From positions 24,676,001-24,740,000 of the forward strand of contig OZ024761.1 of assembly GCA_964016885.1 (NCBI GenBank): a DNA stretch of 64,000 nt. The letters run 5' to 3'. The translations under genes were made by a program, and so were the position numbers. Each line of letters begins with the position of its first letter. Position 1 is the first letter of the stretch. The stretch is from Eledone cirrhosa (taxonomy: Eukaryota). Shown in pieces: positions 1 to 39,145 of the stretch. Under the pieces are notes generated by a model. That model saw only the letters and a program-made list of their open reading frames with translations, had not been told where the DNA came from and searched no databases.

Positions 1-146
1 GAAATATATATAATGAAATAAATATGGTTTTATAAATATAGTTTCCATTTATTTAATATCGTAAATATACTCCAAATACTTGTTGAGTGCTTTTATATCA
101 GTTATAAATATTTACTCGTTGTAACCCAACAATTTAAATAAAACTT

Positions 147-204
<58 letters not shown>

Positions 205-324
205 GTGTGTGTGTGCATATATATATATATATATGTGTGTGTATATGTGTGTGTGTGTATGTATATATATATATATATGTGTGTGCATATATATATATAT
301 ATGTGTCTGCATATATATATATAC

Positions 325-370
<46 letters not shown>

Positions 371-467
371 ACATATATATATGTATATATATACGTTATT
401 CCGGGTTGAATCGGAGGTAACCACAGTAAGTAAGGTACTCAATACATAGCAGAGTATAACAGTTTTA

Positions 468-579
468 ATATAGATGAGATTCTACAGGACTAGAACTGTT
501 TCATTCATTAGAAATCATCAGGAGATTCCTGATGATTTCTAATGAATGAAACAGTTCTAGTCCTGTAGAATCTCATCTA

Positions 580-582
<3 letters not shown>
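468..582. repeat. Perfect 56-bp inverted repeat (3-nt spacer) with hammerhead-like core
   Basis: 468-523 is the reverse complement of 527-582 and contains CTGATGA..GAAAC. Related unfolded copies at 24813-24940 and 31918-31970. Confidence 0.9.
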
Positions 583-2845
<2,263 letters not shown>

Positions 2846-3015
2846 CTTTTCAAAAGTAGAGATGAGATGGATGGTCTGTAGTTTTTCTCACATCAGAAAA
2901 ACCACAGACCCTCCATCTCAACTCTAATTTTGCAAAGCAGAAGAACTGCGAAACCGGTAAAGGAACCAAATAAATATATATATTTAATAAAAAATAAGAC
3001 TCCAGTAGCATTTTC

Positions 3016-3215
3016 NNNNNNNNNNNNNNNNNNNNNNNNNNNNNNNNNNNNNNNNNNNNNNNNNNNNNNNNNNNNNNNNNNNNNNNNNNNNNNNNNNNNN
3101 NNNNNNNNNNNNNNNNNNNNNNNNNNNNNNNNNNNNNNNNNNNNNNNNNNNNNNNNNNNNNNNNNNNNNNNNNNNNNNNNNNNNNNNNNNNNNNNNNNNN
3201 NNNNNNNNNNNNNNN
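3016..3215. other. Assembly gap (200 N)
   Basis: Run of N. Confidence 1.
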
Positions 3216-3251
3216 AGTTAAAAGAATAGAGGTGTAACACACAAGTTATTA

Positions 3252-3562
3252 TATATTGGTAAACGGAATAGAAAATGCTGACAAATTGTTCACAGTTGAA
3301 AAATAGTTTAATTAGGAATAAAAGAGTATTAGTGATTGTATGGGTTAGTATTCAGTTGTGGTTTTAAGTTTTTAAGTTTTTACCGGTTGCGCATTTCTAA
3401 ATGCTTTTCAAAAATAATTTTGAGATAGAGTGTCCGTGCTGTTTGCTTAAAACCACAACTGAATACTAACCCATACAATCACTAATACTCTTTTATTCCT
3501 AATTAAACCATTTTTCAACTGTGAACAATTTGTCAGCATTTTCTATTCCGTTTACCAATATA
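3252..3562. repeat. ~115-bp inverted repeat
   Basis: 3252-3368 vs 3446-3562, near-perfect. Confidence 0.9.
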
Positions 3563-3726
3563 TATATATATATATATAGATTTTGAGTTTATGTTGGTTG
3601 TATACCAACACCTCAGTATGCATGCTGGACCACTCGACGAAGTGCGCAGGTTGGTTTGGTTACTCCGGAGTAGTGTAAAATAAAGGCAAATAAAAGTCAA
3701 ATGATTAAAATTTAGATTCGTTCATT

Positions 3727-3781
3727 ACTGCTATATATATTTCAGTGACAGCCATCTTTGGCTGTGACCTCTTCAGGCAGT
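3727..3781 (-). ncRNA. Minimal type I hammerhead ribozyme motif (Penelope-type)
   Basis: actgc-CUGAAGA-ggtcacagcca aaga tggctgtcact-GAA-ATATATAT-A|gcagt: helix I actgc/gcagt, helix II paired, palindromic helix III. Confidence 0.75.
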
Positions 3782-3914
3782 TTGAATTAGTATGGTATAG
3801 ACAAGTACATATGTTGTTTAGGTGTATGATATTGTCAATACTCTGATATGCCCAGTTCCTTGTTGGGTTGTTAATTCACTGGGGAACTGGAGTCATATGA
3901 CTCCAGTTCCCCAG

Positions 3915-7570
<3,656 letters not shown>

Positions 7571-7949
7571 TTAATACAACTATAAATATGGAGTGTAGTC
7601 CTAATTACTTGCCTGTATTTTTTTGCATGTACTTTTCTCTTATACCTCTTACACTTCAACCAGTGCTGCCTGTAATTTTGTTCTTTCAAGCAGAACATAT
7701 TTTACATATTTTTAACTCCTGACTCTCCACTTGATACCTATCACACTAACAGCAATTATGTACCCTAAATGTTCTAAATGACTAGGATTTTAGTCACATG
7801 TTTCGACATTCCCTATGCCTCGATGAATCCAGACTTCCCTCTGGAAGAAACAATTGTCAGCAAATAAATGATCTAAACTAATAGTTTGATCGTTTTAACA
7901 CTTTGTATACACACACACACATACACACACACACACATACACACACACA

Positions 7950-8043
<94 letters not shown>

Positions 8044-8191
8044 TATATAGGACCAGGTTGTGTTGTGATGTGTAACTCTATATATGTGATTTGGGTGTGT
8101 CGGGGGAGGGGGGTAATAATGACTTTGTGGTGAAGGGACGTTGATTAAGATTTGAAGGAATTAAAGCATATATATATATATATATATATAC

Positions 8192-8700
8192 AGAAATATA
8201 ATTGTTTCTACTTTTTGCACAAGGCCACCAATTTACCAGTGCATTAGTGTCACTTTATTTATCGACCCCGTAAGGACGAAAGGCAAAGGTAACCTCGACG
8301 GGATTTGAACTGAAACCGTAAAGGGACGTAATTATTCATTATATTTCCACCAGAAATATAATTGTTTCTACTTTTGGCACAATGCCACCAATTATCTCAC
8401 TGTATTACTGGTACTTTATTTTATCGACCCCGTAAGGATGAAAGGCAAAGTTAACCTCGGCGGGATTTGAACTCAGATCATAAAGAGACTTAACTCTATG
8501 CTTCAAAGCATGGTGTCCGACTCTCTACCGATACTGCAAATCCACCCAGAAATATAATTGTTTCTACTTAAGGCACAAGGCCAGCAAATGCCGGTGCATT
8601 ACTGGTACTTTATTTTATCGACCCCGTAAGGATGAAAGGCAATGTCAACCTCGGCGGGATTTTAACTCAGATCGTAAAGGGACGTAACTATGCTGGAAAT
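8192..8700 (-). mobile_element. Three tandem tRNA-derived Nin-domain SINE copies
   Basis: Three repeats of ...tttatcgaccccgtaaggatgaaaggcaaag..aacctcggcgggatttgaactcag (reverse of the B-box gagttcaaatccc and the Nin core gcctttcatcc..ggggtcgataaa). Confidence 0.75.
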
Positions 8701-9272
8701 AATTGATTGGGAGTCTAGTTGAGAGGTGTTGGGGGTATTTAAGGAGTGTTTTAGAAGGGTTTGTGAAAGAACCCTCCTGCTGGTACCATTTCAATAGATG
8801 GCCTTTAATGAATTAAAGATAATGGCCAGATGCTTTTCAAATTCTTTTCTTATATCTGAATCAACTATCTTAAATTTATAAAGAAAAGCTTCAACACTTT
8901 TCTATATTAAAGAGGAATCTGGGTGTGAGTCATTATTTAGAAAAATATGGTTAGTTTTGGAATATCTGTTGATAGGAATGTATGTTGTTGATATTGGTTA
9001 GGGAGGGGAGGTGGTGGGGGATCATGCTAGCTCACATATTTACTTCCCTACTTGTAAACATACATACAGTCCATATATATACATATTCTAGTTCATACAT
9101 AGCGATATATTTACACATGCATATGCACTCACACATATATACTTCTATATACATATGTAAACACAGACATATATATATATACATAATAAACAACACCATA
9201 TAATTGTTCCATTAGGTTTCACGAAGTTAGGCGATTCTAACAGAAACGTCTGATTACGTTTCGGCTACTTAC

Positions 9273-9312
9273 CAATGAAGAGAAGGAAGAGAAACATCGC
9301 AGCTTTCATCAT
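9273..9312 (-). CDS. Gene A exon 1 only (signal peptide [14 protein letters not shown]); downstream exons not found in window
   Basis: ATG ATG AAA GCT GCG ATG TTT CTC TTC CTT CTC TTC ATT G|gtaag, the same coding sequence as gene C exon 1, with conserved upstream sequence to about 9541. Confidence 0.75.
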
Positions 9313-9541
9313 TGATGTCTACGTTAAATTTAACTCTACAATATGTAATAGTCCCTTTTGGAAGTTCATCTTAAATACTTTACTCCATTGTGCCAGATGT
9401 TTGTCCACGTTAAAACAATATATTTATTGTACATATATTGTGATGTTTTAGTGACATATTTTGACGTTTTAACTGATTTACGTTGCTTTGTTTTCTGATA
9501 TATTTTCATAAAATATAATTTATAGATACTTTATCGAATTT
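9313..9541 (-). promoter_or_regulatory. Conserved 5' flank / putative promoter-5'UTR of the family (also about 28552-28790, 39786-40020, 52773-53010, 63336-63595)
   Basis: About 230 bp immediately upstream of ATGATG is conserved in all five copies. It includes TATA-like TATTTAA about 60 nt upstream (TATTTAC in copy E) and CTATAAA about 210 nt upstream. The TSS cannot be determined from sequence. Confidence 0.45.
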
Positions 9542-9732
9542 AGCCCGCAGGCTTGCAATGCAGAGAAGAACCGTCTAGAGGTTTGGTGGGTGTCTACAAT
9601 CTGGAGAGGACCTGAAATGTCTTTAGAACTTTTTACATTAGGTGTGGCAAACTTTAGCAAAACAAGTATTTCGGATTCTGACAAAAGTGAGAACATAAGA
9701 CTGATTTCAGTGAGAGGAACAAATATCTTTAT

Positions 9733-28551
<18,819 letters not shown>

Positions 28552-28882
28552 GGATGTCTACGCGAATTTCAACACCAGAATATGTAATAGTCACCCTTGG
28601 AAGTTCGTCTTAAATACTTTATTCCAATGTGCCAGATGTTTGTCTACGTTAAAACAATATATTTATTTCATATATATGTTGTGATGTTTTAGTGATATAT
28701 TTTGACGTTTTACTGACTTATGTTGTCTTGATATCGCATACATTTCATGAAATATAATTTATAGATACTTTATCGAATTTAAGTATGTAAATGTTTTCGT
28801 TATCTTGCTCCTACATATATAGACATGATGGGCTCTCTCGTCCATTTAACCTATGAGGGTTCAACAGTCTTTACAGTTTATT

Positions 28883-29066
28883 GTGGATTGGCAATATCGG
28901 TAGAGGGTCGGACGCCATGCTTTCCAGCATAGTTACGTCCCTTTACGATCTGAGTTCAAATCCCGCCGAGATTGACTTTGCCTTTCATCCTTACGGGGTC
29001 GATAAAATAAAGTACCAGTAATGCACTGGATAATTGCTGGCCTTGTGCCTAAAGTAGAAATAATTA
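28883..29066 (+). mobile_element. Nin-domain SINE
   Basis: Same tRNA-like head and Nin core. Older degenerate copies lie at about 19270-19430, 36770-36915, 48175-48295 and 58155-58272 (intron 3 of every gene). Confidence 0.75.
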
Positions 29067-29299
29067 TATATATTCAGAGTGATAAATCTACGAAGGTCGG
29101 CTAAAACCTTCATAGGCCGTTTACGGAGGATTTATGCTAGGGCTGTGAAATCTTACATGCATCAAGTTCAATTCTTCTTATCAAGAACATCATTGATTAT
29201 TTTAAGGGACTACATTGCCTAAAGTAGAAACAATTATTATATCTTTATACTTCAATTTTCACATTAATCTAGCTGCTGATTTCTACATCAATCTCTATT

Positions 29300-29948
29300 T
29301 CGTGTAAGTGACAGGATTTCGAACAGAGCAGGCTGGAATGCCTGACCAGTCTCTCGTGTTAGATCATATCCCACAGAGGTGGGCTAAACGAGATTTCTCA
29401 AATTCATTACACCTTTGCGGCAGATAATTCTCCATATTTGAGGGCTGGCAGTCATGGCTTCAAAAGAAGAAAGAGGTACGTTGACAGATTTTAGATTGTA
29501 CTTCAGTTTGTCCTTATACCACAGTAGTGGTCTGACCCCACTATGCTGACCATCGTGGAACTGACTGTGCAACAGTATCTTAGGTGTGAAACGCGTTCAG
29601 CATCATTAGAAAACAGTAAACCACATATGATACTCGTTCGTGTGAGTGTTTTAGCCTTAAAGCGCTGATGGTTGAATAGCTCACCTGATGTACGGATCTA
29701 CAATCTGACACCATTGTCTAAACCACCAAATGCATTATGGAGAATTACTGAAAAGAACAAAGCAAAGAGAACAGAAGCCATGACACAACCATGTTTCGCA
29801 CCATTTGCAAAGGGTTCAGAGCATTCGCCATCTGACATAACTGGTACTTCCATGCCCTGATGGAAGGTTATGATGATATTTAACATATTATCAGGTATAC
29901 TAAGCTCTTTCAGCCTTTTCCAGAGAGCTTAGCGTTTGGCAGTGTCAA

Positions 29949-29950
<2 letters not shown>
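29300..29950 (-). mobile_element. RTE (BovB-like) LINE fragments upstream of exon 1 (homologs about 40130-40250, 53100-53710, 63680-64000)
   Basis: FHQGMEV...SEPF..GAKHGCVMASVLFALFFS (RT motif GVKQGCV.AP.LF) and YKDKLKYNLK C-terminal motif. Confidence 0.75.
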
Positions 29951-30025
<75 letters not shown>

Positions 30026-30477
30026 AGAGTATTGAAGTTTGCTTGAAGCATTGTGGAATAATAAGGTAAACTTCTTTAAGTCGTTTGGAAGCCTCGGCAA
30101 TGCAGATGGGTAAATCTCCGGGTAACAAGATCCGGTGGTGCAGAAAGAGATGTAAGTGGGTGTACGTTGAGATGTGTGGCTTGTAGAAGACTGTAGCGTG
30201 TAGAAGAATGTAGGAAAGAGCATAAAGGATAAAAATAATAACACGAGATAGAGTTACCTTGGTAGAGATTTAACTGTCCCTATATATTTCTGGATATCCA
30301 GACAGCTTCCATAAATAATGGTTGCATTTAATAGGGTACGTCAAAATTATTTATAAAACTGTTTATATATTGTATTTTGTCTGATAAAGGCATACCATAT
30401 TTTAATTTTGTATCCCTGAAATATGTATAATGAAATAAATATGGTTTTATAAATATAGTTTCCATTTATTTAATATC

Positions 30478-30555
<78 letters not shown>

Positions 30556-30769
30556 CATTGTCAGAAATAATAACAGAACAAACTCACTGTTTGGTTTTTG
30601 TTGCTTTTCGCTTCTGTATCTTTTATATCTTCATACTAAATTTTTTGACAATCAGTGTTTCTCATTGATTGCCATTTTCTATGACAAACTTTAGGAAAAC
30701 AAGTATTTCGGGTGCTGACAAAAGTTACAACATAAGGCCGATTTCTGTTAGAGGAAAATATATGTTTAT

Positions 30770-31963
30770 TTACATAAGCGTAAGTGTTATAACAGCAGCT
30801 GCAGTGAGAAATATTGAAGACATCTTGACCTGTAAAAGAAATATATATTTGTTTATGTCAATATATATTGTGTTACAGATTCTCGTAACTTAAACCGATA
30901 ATTTCACTTCATATGTATGCCCAATATGGGCGCCTGCTCTCTATGTTCAGAAGCTAGATCCCGCCCTCACAGGCTTGCTTAAATCTACATCTACGGACCG
31001 TCTACATAGCCTGGGATGTATAGCCCCACCCGAGACACGACGAAGTGCAGCAAGCAAGAAATAATAGTCTACAGATCAAAAGCATCCTCTCTTTGGCATT
31101 GTCCAGCTAAAAGCCGCCTTAAATGCAGGAAAAATCTAAAGATCGCCAAGCCACATCTAGCCAAGCTCTGTATATGACACTATCATAGTATAACTAAAAC
31201 ATTTAATCATTGATTAAATGGTTTGAAGGGTTTTAATATTTTAATATTCAATGTTGATATATTGATATATTGGAAATATATTCCATGTAAAATATATTTG
31301 GTTACTGCATTAACGGAACAATAAAAACATCAATGTGAGAATGTAGTGTTATAGATATTTATATTAAGTTTAGAATAGGCTAAAAGAAAGAGTTTTTGAC
31401 GGTATATTGACAGAATCTTTAGACCGTCAGATAGAATACTTGAGGTATTAATTTCGGGCCTCACCGTTTTGTGAGTTCAAATATAGAGGCGCCTTTAGCT
31501 TTCATTCTGTCGAAGTCGATAAAACGTATCAGTCCGATACTTGCGTCGATATTTCGTTTATATCTCTTTTTCACTTCCTCTCTTTCAATGTCACACTCGT
31601 TGCATTTATACTTTGGCAGACATCACCCGTGATCAGACATGGAACAGGGAAGTGCTACCGAAAGGACTATAGTGCCCAAGACACGCTGTATATAACAATA
31701 TGTCGTAACGACTCCATTCTAACTGATGTTCTAACAACGCTACTAATTCGACGCCCCTAATAGTGAAACATATGATATAATACATGTATCAATATAGAAA
31801 TAATGTCGATTGATTAGTGATGTAATTCTGTTACGTACCTTGTCCCTGCTACCGCCATTTTTCTTCTGAAAACAAAAGAGTTGAGAAAATATAAATGTCA
31901 TTTGCTAAAGACTTATATGATGATTTCTCCCGAATGAAACATTTTTAGTCCTGGAGAAGCCAT

Positions 31964-32052
<89 letters not shown>

Positions 32053-32228
32053 AACTAGTTTGTAGTGTCCTGTGCTGCACAAGTTCTATATATATTTAGA
32101 AGCAATGACGAATGCAAATGCTCATGTATTGTCACACATAGATATATTAGATATATACATAAATACATGAAACCTTCCACACCAACACCCACCCACATCA
32201 ACACCATCCCACCCACCCACACACAAAC

Positions 32229-32280
<52 letters not shown>

Positions 32281-35219
32281 ATAGTAATAAATATGAAGAC
32301 AAAAATCCAAAGAGGGCTCGATAAGGATAGATATATATCAAATATATAAGAACCCTAGAGCAAATATTTATTAAAATAACAGATTAAAGTAAAAAATCGC
32401 TGCTTTCACCCTTAAACTTTAATCTGTTATTTTAATATATATATACACATATATGATGGCTGCAAACTCAGGTGGGAGTATTGCAATCGCTTGTCACATT
32501 ACAAAATGGTACACGTTTAGGTTATGGTGAGATACACAAACCTATAACACATCCTGAACAAGCAATGCCTTTGCTTTGAAAGTTTTTTAAGTGGGGAAAG
32601 GCTACCGAAAGGACTATAGTGCCCAAGACACGCCGTATATAACAACGAAGTCGTAACAACTCCATTCTAACTGATGTTCTAACAACGCTACTAATTCGAC
32701 GCCCATAATAGTGAAACATGTGATATAATACATGTATCAATATAGAAATAGTGTCGATTGATTAGTGATATAATTATGTTACGTACCCCGTCACTGTTAC
32801 CTCCATTTCTCTTCTGAAAACAAAAGAGGTGAGAAAATGTAAATGTAAATATAAATGTCAATTCCTCAAGCCATATATTCAGTCAAGAAATAGCCGTTGG
32901 AACGGCTTGAGCGGTGCTGTCGGGATCTTGAACATTTTCATATATATATATATATATATATAAGCCTTGAGTTATTTAATTTGAATATTCAAACAGAACT
33001 CAACACGTTAAGTTCTAGTTTTGAATATGTCACTATCTGTAAAACAACTTTTGTATTTTATCTGATGAGGGCGTACCAAAATAACTAAGCTCTCAAACTA
33101 GTTGAATGCGCAATAAAAAAAACAAGTAGCAATTCTATTTGAAATGCGCACTACTTGACATTGAAACTGCTCTCAAACATTCCAATGAAAAGGAGAGAGC
33201 AGAGAGAAAAATCAGGGCCATAGAAAATATTAAAACAAATCCTAAGGCCGTCTTTAAATTTGCAAACGAGACTGCCTCGGTACGCTGCAGGATTGGACCG
33301 CTCTTCCATAAAGATGGTTCATTAACCGAGGATCCCCAAGGGATAAGCGAAATACTGAACGAACAGTAGAAAAGTGTGTTCACACGTCCACTGAGGCACA
33401 TGCAAATAACAAAGCCAGCGGGTTTATTTGGTTCTAAGGCACCCCATGAATAAATGGCTACCATCAAGCACATAGACATAAAGGAGGAGGATGTGGTAAC
33501 CGCCATAGACGAAATTAGACGAAACTCAGACGAAACTCAGCTGCTGGACCTGATGGATTCCCAGCAGTCCTCCTAAAAATATGTAAGCTTGCATTAGCAA
33601 CTCAACTGACGAACCTCTTCAGAAGCTCCTTGCTAGCGGTAGACTACCCAGAGAGCTGCAAGTAGGCACACTATGCCCTATTCATAAAGGAGGAAGCAGA
33701 ACGGAGGCCAAATACTACAGGCCAGTCTCCCTGATGTCACATATCAGTAATGTCATGGAGCGAATTATCAGAAAGAATCTAACCACGTTCCCCGACCGCC
33801 TGACTAGCATGCAGCATGGCTTTCGCCCAGGAAGGAGCCACCTTACACAGCTCTTACACCATTATGACTGGGTACTGAAACAACTGCTAGACAACGCACA
33901 TGTGGACGTGATATAGATTTGACAAGGTCGCTCACGGAATGAGATGTCGCAAACTGCATAGACTCGGTATAACTGGAAAATTATGTGAGTGGTTGCATGA
34001 CTTCTTAAAGAAGGAGATAAGCTACTGGGAGAGGCTAAAAGAGAGAAGCCAGACAGTTGCAGAAAATAGGGCCCTCTCAAATGAAACATCAATAACAAGT
34101 GGGGTGTCCCAGGGGACAGTCTTGGGACCACTACTGTTTTTGGTGGCTCTCCCAGACATGCCCTCTCTAGTACATACAACATCCCTCACTAGCTATGTTG
34201 ATGACACTAAGGTAGCACAGGCAATCAAAAACCCGACTGACGGTGCCCATTTACAACAAGATCTGGATGCCATATACAAATGGGCTGAGGACAACAAAAT
34301 GAAGTTTAATGCTGGAAAATTGCAAGTCCTACAATACCAACCTGCAAACACAAATACAGTACAACACAGCTACACTGGACGAAGGGGTCGACATTCCCGT
34401 GTCGAAATCGATACGAACCTGGGAATAGACATGAGCGACGATGCATCATTTTCCTCACACATCATGAAGGTGGCGATAATGTCCAGACGACTCGCTGGCT
34501 GGATCTTGAGGACTTTCAAGACAAGAGACTGCGAGACCATGTTGGTACTATGGAGGACACTTGTCCTAAGCCGACTGGACTATTGCTCGCAGCAGTAGTC
34601 ACCCTATGGTGTCAAACTAACCACGGAGCTTGAGGCAATCCAATGAAGCTACATCAAGAGGATTGCGTCGATGAAAGAGATGAGCTACTGGGAGAGGCTA
34701 AAAGAACTGAACCTCTACTCCTTGGAACGAAGATGCGAGAGATACGCAGTGATATACATATGGAAAATCCTGGTAGGACTAGCACCAAACTTTGGTATTC
34801 GGAGCTGGACCAGCCGTCGAATAGGACGTCACTGGGTGGAGCCAAAGTTCCCGACTTCCACATCTAGAATAAGGAGTAGAAATTGCAATAGCCTAGCGTT
34901 CAAAGGATCTCCAGTCTCCAACAAACCGTAATATATATATACATATGTATTACACATATATATATATATAAGTCTACATATTTATACATATGTATTACAT
35001 ATATATATATATATAAGTCTACATATTTATACATATGTATTACACATATATATATATATAAGTCTACATATTTATACATATGTATTACACATATATATAT
35101 ATATAAGTCTACATATTTATACATATGTATTACATATATATATATATATAAGTCTACATATTTATGCATAGATACACACATATGCAATAATCATATATAC
35201 ATATATATATATATATATA

Positions 35220-35317
<98 letters not shown>

Positions 35318-36617
35318 AATTAGTTCTCAAGGAGATTCAATACGACACAATATCATGCAAGCTGTCTCCTTGAATTACATATACTACACATGTCCAGATA
35401 TCGAATTCACCATCCTGACCCCAACACCCTAACCATTACGCTACGTGGCTTCACTGAAATCATAAGTGAAATAAAATATCTTTGTATCTATATATAAATT
35501 TGAGTGACTTCCGTCTGTCACACAATGTGTGTTTGTGTGATTGTTTCTGTGTGTGAATGTCTGTATGCGTAAAGAGTAGTAGGGGGATGGTGAAAATTGT
35601 CTGAGAAAACATTGGCTGGCGTTCCATTTGCTACGCTGTGTTTGAGAGAATGTGTGAGTGTGTGTAAATCTATGTGTGTGTTTGTGTGAATGTATGTGTG
35701 TTTGTTTGTATAAATGTATGTGTTTTTGTTAGATTGTATGTCATGAACGTGTACTTTTTGTAAGTTTGTCTGTGTTTGCGCTTATATATTTATATACTCA
35801 TACACATATACGCATACATATACCCATACACACACACACATACCTATACATATATGAGTGAGCGTGCTGGAAAAAATTCTTAATTACAATTATTAATTTT
35901 TCAATACTAAGACAGCAACCTTATGTAAGGTTCTTATATAAAATTATGTTGAAACATTTTGATATAAATTAATAAACTTTAAAGATGGTGGTTTTATTTC
36001 ATAGAACAAGAGCCGGTTTTAGCGAGGTTGGTAACTAAATGGTTAAAACTGTTTCATAAAAATAGAAATAAACCTGAGAGTAACTTACTTCGCAAGTGCT
36101 CAGAAATAAATATATGTAGAAATAATCACACACCGTATCCCTTCCCTCGAAGCATATCCAAAAGTCTGGGAAATATCTGGAATAGGTTTAAAATGACAAT
36201 CTCATTAAAAAAAATTGCATGTTTTCACGTGTGTGTGTTTACAAGGTTCGACTGAATTTTTCATAGGCGGAATATGAAGGGGTGATGCTAGAACTGTGAA
36301 ATCTTGCGTGCGTTACTTTCAAATATAATCATTAATAACTACTATGTTCCTTCCGAAGGATTATATTTAAAAATAAACCTCATTTCATCATTCCATGAGT
36401 GTATCTTGGCCAGCCTATACAAATTTAAACAGACTCTCGTATGCCATATTTTTAATATGGTATCCCCGAAATATGTATAATTAAATAAATATGGTTTTAT
36501 AAATATAGTTTCCATTTGTTTAATATCGTATATCTACTCCAAAACTTGTTGAGTGCTTTATATCAGTTATAAAATATTTACTTGTTGTAACCCAACAATT
36601 TAAAAAAAAACTTTTGC

Positions 36618-36655
<38 letters not shown>

Positions 36656-37199
36656 TTGTATGTCACAATTAATTTTCTAATGCATTTTATAGTTTTTGAA
36701 ATTTACAAATTTATATATATTTATATAGAGAAGAATAGAGAAGTTAGGAGATATAGAGGTAGATTCAACCCCAGTATTAGTCTGGTACCTTTTTTCATCG
36801 AAAGGATTTAAGGCAAAGTTGATCTCGATGGGATTTGAACTTAGAGGGCAACAAGCCGAAACTAATATTCCAGAGGATTCTATCAAACTCCCGCACTACT
36901 CTGCCAATGCGTCAGCCAACACCAGGAGTTAAGAGATCTAAAAGAAAGTGGTATATACCTGCAGAAATTATTCATTATTTTTTTCCCACTTATAGGACAG
37001 TGAGAAATCCCGGATTGCCTGCATTCCTTCTGTGTTTCAAAGGGTCCTTTTGTGGGTAAGTTATAAGCTAAAATGAAAATTTGTTAAGATTTCAATGCAT
37101 ATGAATATTGAAATTTCATCACACACGCACTCACTCTCACACACACGCATATACACATACCCCCCCCCCCCACACTCACACACACACAGACACACATAC

Positions 37200-37287
<88 letters not shown>

Positions 37288-37288
37288 G

Positions 37289-37323
<35 letters not shown>

Positions 37324-37356
37324 GTATTTATATATATATATATATATATATATACG

Positions 37357-37415
<59 letters not shown>

Positions 37416-37416
37416 G

Positions 37417-37457
<41 letters not shown>

Positions 37458-37886
37458 TTGTTTAAATATATATAAACACATTCTTTTTAAATTTCGCTCT
37501 ACATGGCTGAATACATTAAATGTAATCTGAGTGTTTCGAATATTAATAATAATAATAATCGATTCGTTTGCAATTATGCAAACAAGCCTCAATTTTTAAA
37601 GCCATGTCAGTAGAATTAACCCCTTATTCTTGCTCTCGTTTTGGCATGCAAACAGAGTGGCAGACACTAATATTTCTAGGTTATACCCTTCATCAGTACA
37701 GTTCACTTTTTACCTGCCAACTGTCAGAGCTAGTGAAAATATATATTTTCTAAAATATACAGTGACTGACGGGCCTGATTTGCATTTAAGCAGACTGGCT
37801 GATCAGTCACTCCTGCATATTAGCAGATCCAGTGATCAGCCAAATTTACATATCAGCAGACTGGCCAGTCAGTTTCTTGTATACGA

Positions 37887-37929
<43 letters not shown>

Positions 37930-39095
37930 CACACACACATACACACACATATAGATTTGTATATATAAATATATATATATATGTATGTGTATATATATAT
38001 ATATATATACACACACACGTACATATATCTATTTGAGGCATGTTAGGCTCAGGTTGATAAAGGTACAAGGGTTTGCTGAAACCTTCATGGACTATCTATA
38101 CAGGATTGGTGCTAGGGCTGTGAAATCTTACATGCATTAATTTCAACTTTTCTTATCAATGACCGCATTGTTTATTTCAAGGGACTATATTGAAAAATAA
38201 ACCACATTTAGTAATTCCACGAGAGTATCTTGGTCAGTCTATGAACATCTCAGACTAAGAAAGATTAAGCTGCCCCTCGTGCTACTCGCCCAGTGTAACA
38301 ATATCTCCTGAATGAAATAAAAAGAGTTGTTCGGTATAAAAACAGAGAATATAAGAGAACAGGTAATTTAGTGACGTTGATTAGATAGAAAACATGGAAA
38401 ATATACTTACGGTTAAGGCAAAGAGAAGATCCTGAAATAAAACAGAGGGTCGATGTGTGAGTTGTGGTTAATCAATGAGGTATTGTTTTTGTATATAGGA
38501 GTATGGGTGTAAGTGTGAGCATCTAGCAAACAATAGATTCACCCACCCCACCCCACCCTCTCACATTCAACCCAATCTCCCCCACCCCTTGTCGTCACCA
38601 CACGCCACGACCTCCCCATTTCCGCACACGAACGCTCACTCCTCAGTAGAGACCCGCGCTTCATACCCCACACCCCGTACAGCGACGAGTATATATATAT
38701 ATATAAACATATAGACTTTGAAGGTAGACAATCGAGAGAAAAAGAGATTGGTTGAGAGTGAAATGGATAGATTAAGAGAAAGACAATTTGCTCGATAGCA
38801 ACTACTCAAAGATAGTAATGGAAATCACACAGACATCCATACATGCGCACCCTCCCACAAACATACACACACACATATATATGTATATGCATATATATAT
38901 ATATATAGTAATAATAATAAAATTGAAGACTAAAATCCATAGAGGGCTCGATAAGGAAAGTATATATCAAATATATAAGAACCGTAGAGCAAATATTTAT
39001 TAAAATAACAGATTAAAGTTTAAGCAAAGAATCGCTGCTTTCACCCTTAACGGGATAGCAGCGATTCTTTGCTTAAACTTTAATCTGTTATTTTA

Positions 39096-39145
<50 letters not shown>

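Noticed and set aside
7653-7669. Candidate exon 2 for gene A (cag|GCAGCACTGGTTGAAGT|gtaag)
   Set aside because: 17 nt, in-frame stop, and no similarity to paralogous exon 2.
30373-30438. Further hammerhead-like cores (30373, 15615, 33062, 42275, 42957, 44680, 47760, 529)
   Set aside because: Core nucleotides are mutated or helix I/II is missing; treated as decayed copies.
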